A DNA stretch of 64,000 bases, from the NCBI GenBank assembly GCA_030141605.1, contig JAQGDQ010001044.1:4104-68103 (forward strand). The letters are read 5' to 3'. The DNA is from Tubiluchus corallicola. Lineage: Eukaryota; Animalia; Priapulida. Below are positions 1 through 64,000 of the stretch, one piece after another. Under the pieces are notes generated by a model, which worked only from the letters and a program-made list of their open reading frames with translations, had not been told where the DNA came from and did not search any database. How positions within the stretch are numbered: the stretch's first letter is position 1; every line of letters begins with the position of its first letter. Position numbers and translations under genes: made by a program.

Positions 1-225
1 CTTTGCAAGAGCACATTGAAGTTGTGCTTAAATCCAGTAGATGGCTCTTCCTGACAAAGATTTGAGCTTAGCAACAGAAAAACCCGAAGCAAAATGGCTG
101 CTTCCAAGAGCTACAATTGGAGTTTGAAAATACTAGGAGTTTTTTTTTAAATTGCAGTACTAGTTTATAGACAGAAAAGTGGGTTTGGGGTTATAAAATT
201 AGATTTTTAAATTTAAACTGACCAC
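1..225. mobile_element. Partial copy of non-autonomous TIR element family A
   Basis: Similar to the internal parts of 8204-8820 and 12051-12695 (aaatccagtagatggctcttcctgacaaaga...). Confidence 0.75.
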
Positions 226-286
226 CATTCTTATTGAGCTCGGTAATGACCACAATGATGACCACGGTCGTTTTTTTTACCACCAG

Positions 287-10468
<10,182 letters not shown>

Positions 10469-11159
10469 TGTACACTAGCATCGTTTATACATGATTATAT
10501 ATAGTCATTTATGATGTCTCTCGTGCATTGATGATTAACGTAAGTAGACCGGATTTAAGTAAAAATCACGATTAAAGTGCGAGCAGAAATTTAGAAAAAC
10601 ATTATTTATAGTTTTCTGCCTGTAGGTGGCAGTGATAGCAAAGGTAATTTTCCATTTTCTGTTTAAGCAGAAGTTTTACCCGTAAATGTCAACTTTCAGT
10701 GACGACTGGTTGAAAACGTCACATGAATCCTTCATCGATTAGATCCAGTGCAGATCCGGACTAATTTTCCGATATTTAGATCTGGTATTTGTTGTCGCCA
10801 TGTTCCCACAATCCTTTGTGCTCTCTACCTTTACGCTATGCAAATAAAGTGTAAAAAAGTGTCGTAATTGTATAGATACTGGTATACTGCCAAGATACTC
10901 GCTCCGTTTTTGATCCGTGGTTATTTACTGGTAACAGAGTAGTGATAGGTTTTACAAGTTGAAGTGTAGCAAAGTGATTTTGAATAGCAATAGTCATTAG
11001 ATCAGGAATTCATGTGATATTAGTAGTCTTAGTCTTTTGCCCGCGCACCATTTTTTATCAAACGTCAGTTGTTAAACAGGAGTCAATTTCGTCTAAGTTT
11101 TCAAGTTTGAAAAGTCTGTAGAGAGAGAGATGAATGGAAAAATAACTAGGGGAGCTACA

Positions 11160-11734
11160 TAGGGTTACCATATTGTCTGAGTTGAAAAAGAGGACACTTT
11201 TTCGCACACTTGTAAGTAGGCAAAAATGACCAGTCTAGGGTTTATTAAAACAATGCAAAATAAAATGCACATTATACAAATAGGCCTACATGTATTCTAA
11301 TAGCAATACCAAATGGCTAAACTGCAAAAAACATTAACACACTGCAACTGTCAGTCGCCTGCTTCTTCTTGGCTCGACTGCAAAACAGTGAAACTATACA
11401 AATTAAAAGAAATTCACATAAAAACAAAAAAAATGGCTCGCGGAAGCTGATGTCATTTTAAGTCGTCAGCGAATACGCCGAGTATCGACAGTCATGTGAC
11501 CCATAGTGATGTGCGTATCGCTTACATTTGTTCAGTAAATATGAGATGTTAGCAACATCTTGTATTGAAAATTAACGAGCTTTTCTTTGTCTCATACTGT
11601 CGTACTCCTCTGCAGTTGGCAACGTCCGTACGTACTTACGGATTGAGGCAAAACCCGGACAAACTGCCGTTTTTTTTCAAAAACCTGCCCGGACAGAGGC
11701 GGGTCCAGGGAAACCCGGACGTATGGTAACCCTA
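11160..11734. mobile_element. hAT-like MITE
   Basis: TIRs tagggttaccata / tatggtaacccta; TSD only degenerate (agctacat/acctatat). Confidence 0.75.
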
Positions 11735-12050
11735 CCTATATAAACACCCTGACTGGGGCCGAGGGCAGCCAGTCTACGGTAGCCTGTAGACGTGTAATAA
11801 GGAGCATTGGTAACTATTGCCACTTAGGGAAAAACTTGTCGCATAAGAAAGTGCTGAAGAAGTTAAAAAAATATTGTTGTGTGTTTAACTTCTGCTTGAG
11901 AAATTAGCGTGCGAGATTTAGCGTTTTAACAAATTAGACTTGATATTTGTTGCAACATTACGACTATTAGTTGACTTAGCTGCAAAGCTAGTTAAGCTTT
12001 TGTAATTATGCAGTATTTATTCCTTATATGGACACATTTAATTTACCATA

Positions 12051-12695
12051 TGTCTGCTTGCATAGCAAAATCGTTCATAAGTCGGCTTAAATTTTTCTAG
12101 TTAATCAAATATCCTGAATCTCCATTTCTTGAGGATCATTTTGATACCAAGCTCATTGCTCTATGTTGTTTCTAAGCTGAGATAATCCACGTTGAAGTTG
12201 AGGTTGCAGGCTGCAAACTGAAAAACTTAATCTTGAGAAAATCACTGTTAAAGTCAGCCATTGTTTTTAGTCTTAGCAACTCCACAAATGTTGGTTGCTA
12301 CGGACTTTGCAAGAACACATTGAAGTTATATTTAAATCCAGTAGATGGCTCTTCCTGACAAAGACCTGGCCTTGGCAACAGAAAAACCTGAAGCAAAATG
12401 ACTGCTTCCATGAGCTACCATCTGAGTCTGAAAATACAAGTTTTTTTACAATTGCAGTACTACTTTCTAGCCAGAAAAATGGTTAAGACATTATAAAATT
12501 AAATTTTTAATGTTTTTTGAACACTTTCTTGATAATTTGATGATAGCATATAAAATTTCAATATATTTAGCGTTGGTTTTTATAAAATAGAAAAAATTGA
12601 CATTTCACCGAATTTTTGGGTCATTCTTCTTTGAAGGATCCGAACGTAATTCTAACTAAGCCGACTTATGGACCGTTTTGGTTTGCAATCACACA
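12051..12695. mobile_element. Non-autonomous TIR element family A, near full length
   Basis: ~39-bp imperfect TIRs tgtctgcttgcatagcaaaatcgttcataagtcggctta / taagccgacttatggaccgttttggtttgcaatcacaca. Confidence 0.82.
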
Positions 12696-13319
12696 AATTG
12701 TTTCACAAAATTCTGTAACAGATGTTAGCAAAATGTTGTTTATTGGCGGTGCCATATTGCTTGCTATTTCTAGTGCCTTGATGCATCGTTAAATAGTTTG
12801 TGCCTTAGTAGTAATATGAGAATGATGAGAAGAAATTTATGATTATTATTATAGGAAAATTGAATATCTAACTGAACTGTTTTTTCCAATGTTATTTTGT
12901 TACATAATTGGGTATCGGGGTATAACTGATAAGTTTATTTTTCGTTTTTGATTTTTTAACGTATGTTTATAGAGAAAGTTAATGAAGTTATTATAATTTA
13001 ATGAAATGCTGCGTCCCATATTTAGTTCGATGCATTCACAAAGAATCAGTTTTATTGTAGATATGAAACGTATTGCTTCTGTTTGTTGACATTGTCCTAA
13101 TGGCACGTTCAAACTAGCGTGTTTTTTTGCCAACTAACTCGCAAGCATGTTCAGACTAGAGAGCAAAACTTGCTGCAAGTTACTCTCCAGCAGTAGACGT
13201 GAGTTGACAGCACACTTCTCTATTCGCTGTGAGAAGTGTCAAGAGTAACTTGTCGAGGCTTTCACATTAGATAGTAAATTAACTCACAGCAGTTGTCGGA
13301 GCGTTTGCAATTTCTTCCC

Positions 13320-13642
13320 GACAGTAACTCACAAAGCAGTTAACACTTGCGAGCTTGCTATCAGAGAGAGCTGTGAGCTTGCTGTCAGAGAGAGTAACTC
13401 GCAAAACAGTTAACACTTGCAAGCTTGCTGTCAGAGAGAGTAACTCGCAAAGCAGTTCACACTTGCGAGCTTGCTATCAGAGAGAGTCTGTGAGCTTGCT
13501 GTCAGAGAGAGTAACTCGCAAAGCAGTTAACACTTGTGAGCTTGCTGTCAGAGAGAGTAACTCGCAAAGCAGTTCACACTTGCGAGCTTGCTGTCAGAGA
13601 CAGTAACTCGCAAAGCAGTTAACACTTGCGAGCTTACTGTCA
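13320..13642. repeat. Minisatellite, ~46-bp core with some longer units
   Basis: agtaactcgcaaagcagttaacacttgcgagcttgctgtcagagag repeated about 6 times. Confidence 0.85.
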
Positions 13643-15056
13643 AAGAAAAAAGTGTGAATGCGCCATTAGGTTTAGAATGTATATGAAAACGGATATAATC
13701 AAGATTTTATTACACCTTTTCACTGTTGAGAGTTATTTGATAGACTCACTGTTGTTTTTATAGCTGTGCTTAAAAGCTAACGTGTTGTTGTTATGTAGAT
13801 AGGAAAGGGTTAATGGCTTTTTTATTATTCAGCTTACGCTTGTTTACTTTGCTGATGAGATGTGTATATTTATTTACAAATAAAGCATGCTGTGAAGTTA
13901 AAATGGTAGTAAGTGTACCTTTGCGTTTTTATCAGTTTTCACCAGTTGCCGACAGATGGCAGTCGCCCACAATCTCGTGTAAATCCAAATTGTAGGTCTG
14001 AGAACTTGTCAGTTTATTAAATAGCAAGCCAGGAAAGGTTTTAAGCCTGATGCACTATCATACTACCTCTTAGTATCGGATTTAAATGTTATTAAGCAGA
14101 ACTTTTGCAGTAAAATTAAGCAATATTAATTACCAAATAAATAGTGGTGTGTAATGAGCTTTTTAGGCGTGTTTATAAGGACTCCAGTCTAGTCTAGCCA
14201 GCCAGCTGTATGGTATCAATTTCAGCTCTTAGCTCCTGGCTTACATATTTTGTGACAGCTACTAGCGTGTCAGCCTTGGCTAGCAGCACCATGGAGTCAG
14301 CTGGTAACAAGACAAACCATATAGCACTTCTGTTGCAGATGTGCTGTTTCACAAAAATAATGAAATCAAACCTTGCACAGAAATAGTGTACAGTCTGCGT
14401 GAAATTTAAAAAACAAGGTCAAAAAAAATTAATACGAAAGTTAAAGCCACGATCAAATACGCGTTATTTAACAATACGCATTTAATTAAGCTAGTAATTT
14501 AATTTATTCCACTGACTGTAAGTTTAGTCCTTGTTAAAAATTTCAGAAACTTTAACCATTGAATGATTGAGTAATTATTTTCAGTCTGACTAGGCTAAAC
14601 GCCCTCTTCTTGTCACTGGCAATCAGTAATGCAAGGTATCAGAGGAGACACTGATTTTGTAGACTTGTGAGATGCTGTCTTTCGAGAAGCCTATTGAAAT
14701 TTGGAGGAACGTTTGTAAACTTACGGTTCCGAATTTTCATTGATTCAATTTTAATCTTTTGTGGCTGATGGTGAATCACCAGTGAATGATCTATTGCGGA
14801 TCGTAAACAAAATCGTGAAGATATTCATCAATTAAATGAGAAGAGTTTCGCGTGAGCAATCTCCTATTGAACTTGAGTCAACTGACACACATCGTACGAT
14901 GTCTGGTGTGTTGCGCAAACTCACACTGCGCATGCACTACATTTCAACACACACGAGTTGTGTACAGTAGTTACAGCCATTCTGCCGGCTTTGAGAAAAA
15001 TTGTGTGGAGGATTGTGCGAAGTGTGTGCTCCCTGCATTTATTGACTGTATTCAAA

Positions 15057-48726
<33,670 letters not shown>

Positions 48727-48842
48727 GTAAGCAGCTTGACCTTGATTGACCTTGACCTTTGACACATTGCAAACTGGGAATGAAAAATATACCACAATTA
48801 GAAACAAGGAAAAAGAAAGAAAGGGTACAATGCATCCTTGGT

Positions 48843-49212
48843 GAACAGCCAGAACCAGCACGGCAAACGAAACCACCCAGAGTCAGTATATGTTAAAGCA
48901 GGCGGTCACCGATATGTTCTTTGACCGGGCTTGGTGTTGCTTAACTTCAATTAGTAAAGGAAATCTTTAGTAAACAGCCAGAACCAGCACGGCAAATAAA
49001 GCCACAGAGACAGTATATGTTAGAGCAGGCGGTCACCCATCCATTGTTTGACTAGGCTTGATGTTGCTTAACTTCAATTAGTAAGGCAAGTCCTTAGTAA
49101 ACAGCCAGAATGAGCACAGCATATGAAACCACACCAAGTGAGTATATATTAAACCAGGCGGTTACCGATCCGTTCCTTGACCAGCCTTACTGTTGCCTAA
49201 CTTCAATTACTA
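48843..49212 (-). repeat. Three tandem ~128-bp units with a 5S rRNA-derived segment (SINE3-like); mirrored on + at ~52713-53082
   Basis: gaagttaagcaacatcaagcctagtcaaacaatggatgggtgaccgcctg resembles the 5S internal control region (box A to box C). Confidence 0.7.
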
Positions 49213-49709
49213 ACCAAACAGTAGTAAATTAGGATTTTGTTAAGCAATTTTTCTTATGAGTATCAGGGGAGTATTAGCATCATAATAAAAGTAAATTTTT
49301 ACTTTCTTAACTTGGTATTATTTTAAATCAGCTGATTCAGCAGATTCAAGGCTGTAAAAGAAATACTTATCAGCTGTTATTTGAATCCCAGGAGATAAAA
49401 CAATATTTTATAGTATTATAAACCTTCTTAGGTATTGAATTTAGAAGTTTTAGTGATGTATTCATGCGTGCTATAAAGCACAGTGTAGACATACAATGCA
49501 AAATGGAAAAAATCGCATTTTAAAAATGGTTCATAAGGACTACGGTAAGTCCTCGCTTAACAACTCCCTGCTTGTCGATGTTTCGTTTTAACGACGCCTT
49601 TTCCCCACTTTACGACGCACGTTCCATATTAACGACGATTTCTTTCCTTCGCACAAAGTCGTTTTTCATTTGATCAACAACTTTTTTACCACATTTGAAG
49701 CACTAAAAC

Positions 49710-49920
49710 TAGGCAAGCATTAAGAAGAAAATTTACCGCTGTACTCATGCATGAGCTGTCGAACGTGTGTTGTTCATCACAAACTAACACATCTGAACTA
49801 AGAGGTACAGCACCTGTTTTCTGTGCAATGCGTTTCTGAAATGCAGGCGCTAGCGAACAATGAAATGCATGTAACAGCAAAGAACTAGTGACACGAAATG
49901 TGAAATTGTGTTTTTGCGAA
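49710..49920 (+). mobile_element. Family C fragment at the inner breakpoint of the palindrome
   Basis: Matches the reverse complement of 24800-25015 and part of 6850-7035. Confidence 0.75.
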
Positions 49921-49944
49921 GAAACACTAAAGCAAAAAACTTAC

Positions 49945-63628
<13,684 letters not shown>

Positions 63629-64000
63629 CTGCAACAGAAACACAACAATGGAATAGCGCATGTACAAGTTACCCAATTTGACCAAAAACAATTCAACATT
63701 AGCAAGTTATCGACTAGACGCCATTTTTAGCAGTGCTGTGGTGAGATTTACAGCTGATTGATTACAGAGTATGCTTAGCGACACGCCAAACCTGGTCGGT
63801 AATTGGGTGGCCGCCAGGCAAAGTGATACCTGCCTGTTTCTTCTGCCACATTGCACAGGTTGAACACCACTCAGTACCTCGTTAGGGAGCTACGTACCAG
63901 TCTTACCACAGTCATACCTGTGTGCTGGGTGTTAAATTTGAAACTCTCTTCAATAAAAACAACCTTAATCGTGTTGAAAGTTAATCATCTTATCACAACT

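Noticed and set aside
10843-10848. AATAAA as the GLDC polyadenylation signal
   Set aside because: Plausible, but the hexamer is common in this AT-rich DNA and other candidates exist downstream; it cannot be assigned without 3' reads
14927-14936. tgcgcatgca NRF1-like site upstream of the receptor ATG
   Set aside because: Partial match to a short motif; a similar one occurs in the intron at ~26153; no TSS evidence

Overview
AT-rich, repeat-dense animal (probably invertebrate) genomic DNA with spliceosomal GT-AG introns. (1) 287-10468 (+) holds the last ten coding exons of glycine decarboxylase P-protein (GLDC), including the PLP-lysine exon and the stop codon. (2) From 15057 (+) runs a VLDLR/lipophorin-receptor-like LDL-receptor family gene: signal peptide, 8 LDLa repeats and EGF-A. 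It breaks off at about 49709. (3) The last ~26 kb is a large imperfect palindrome: 37913-49709 is mirrored at 52216-64000 (running off the window) around a 2.5 kb unique spacer. The spacer carries the next two exons (EGF-B and the first YWTD exon) only in the minus orientation. Two 5' halves of the same receptor therefore converge, neither reaches its transmembrane domain here, and the junction shows an 8-nt microhomology between two transposon fragments. The exon differences I found between the arms are all synonymous, which points to two alleles (haplotype mis-join or inter-homolog fold-back). A recurring oddity is tandem amplification of 3' splice acceptors: 16 copies before the GLDC catalytic exon, 2 before LDLa4 and 11 before EGF-A in one arm. 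Also present are many MITEs (hAT with 8-bp TSDs, pogo/Tigger-like with TA TSD), tRNA- and 5S-derived SINE-like units, LINE relics, minisatellites and microsatellites. No CRISPR array, rRNA gene or intact tRNA gene is supported. All coordinates were read by eye.
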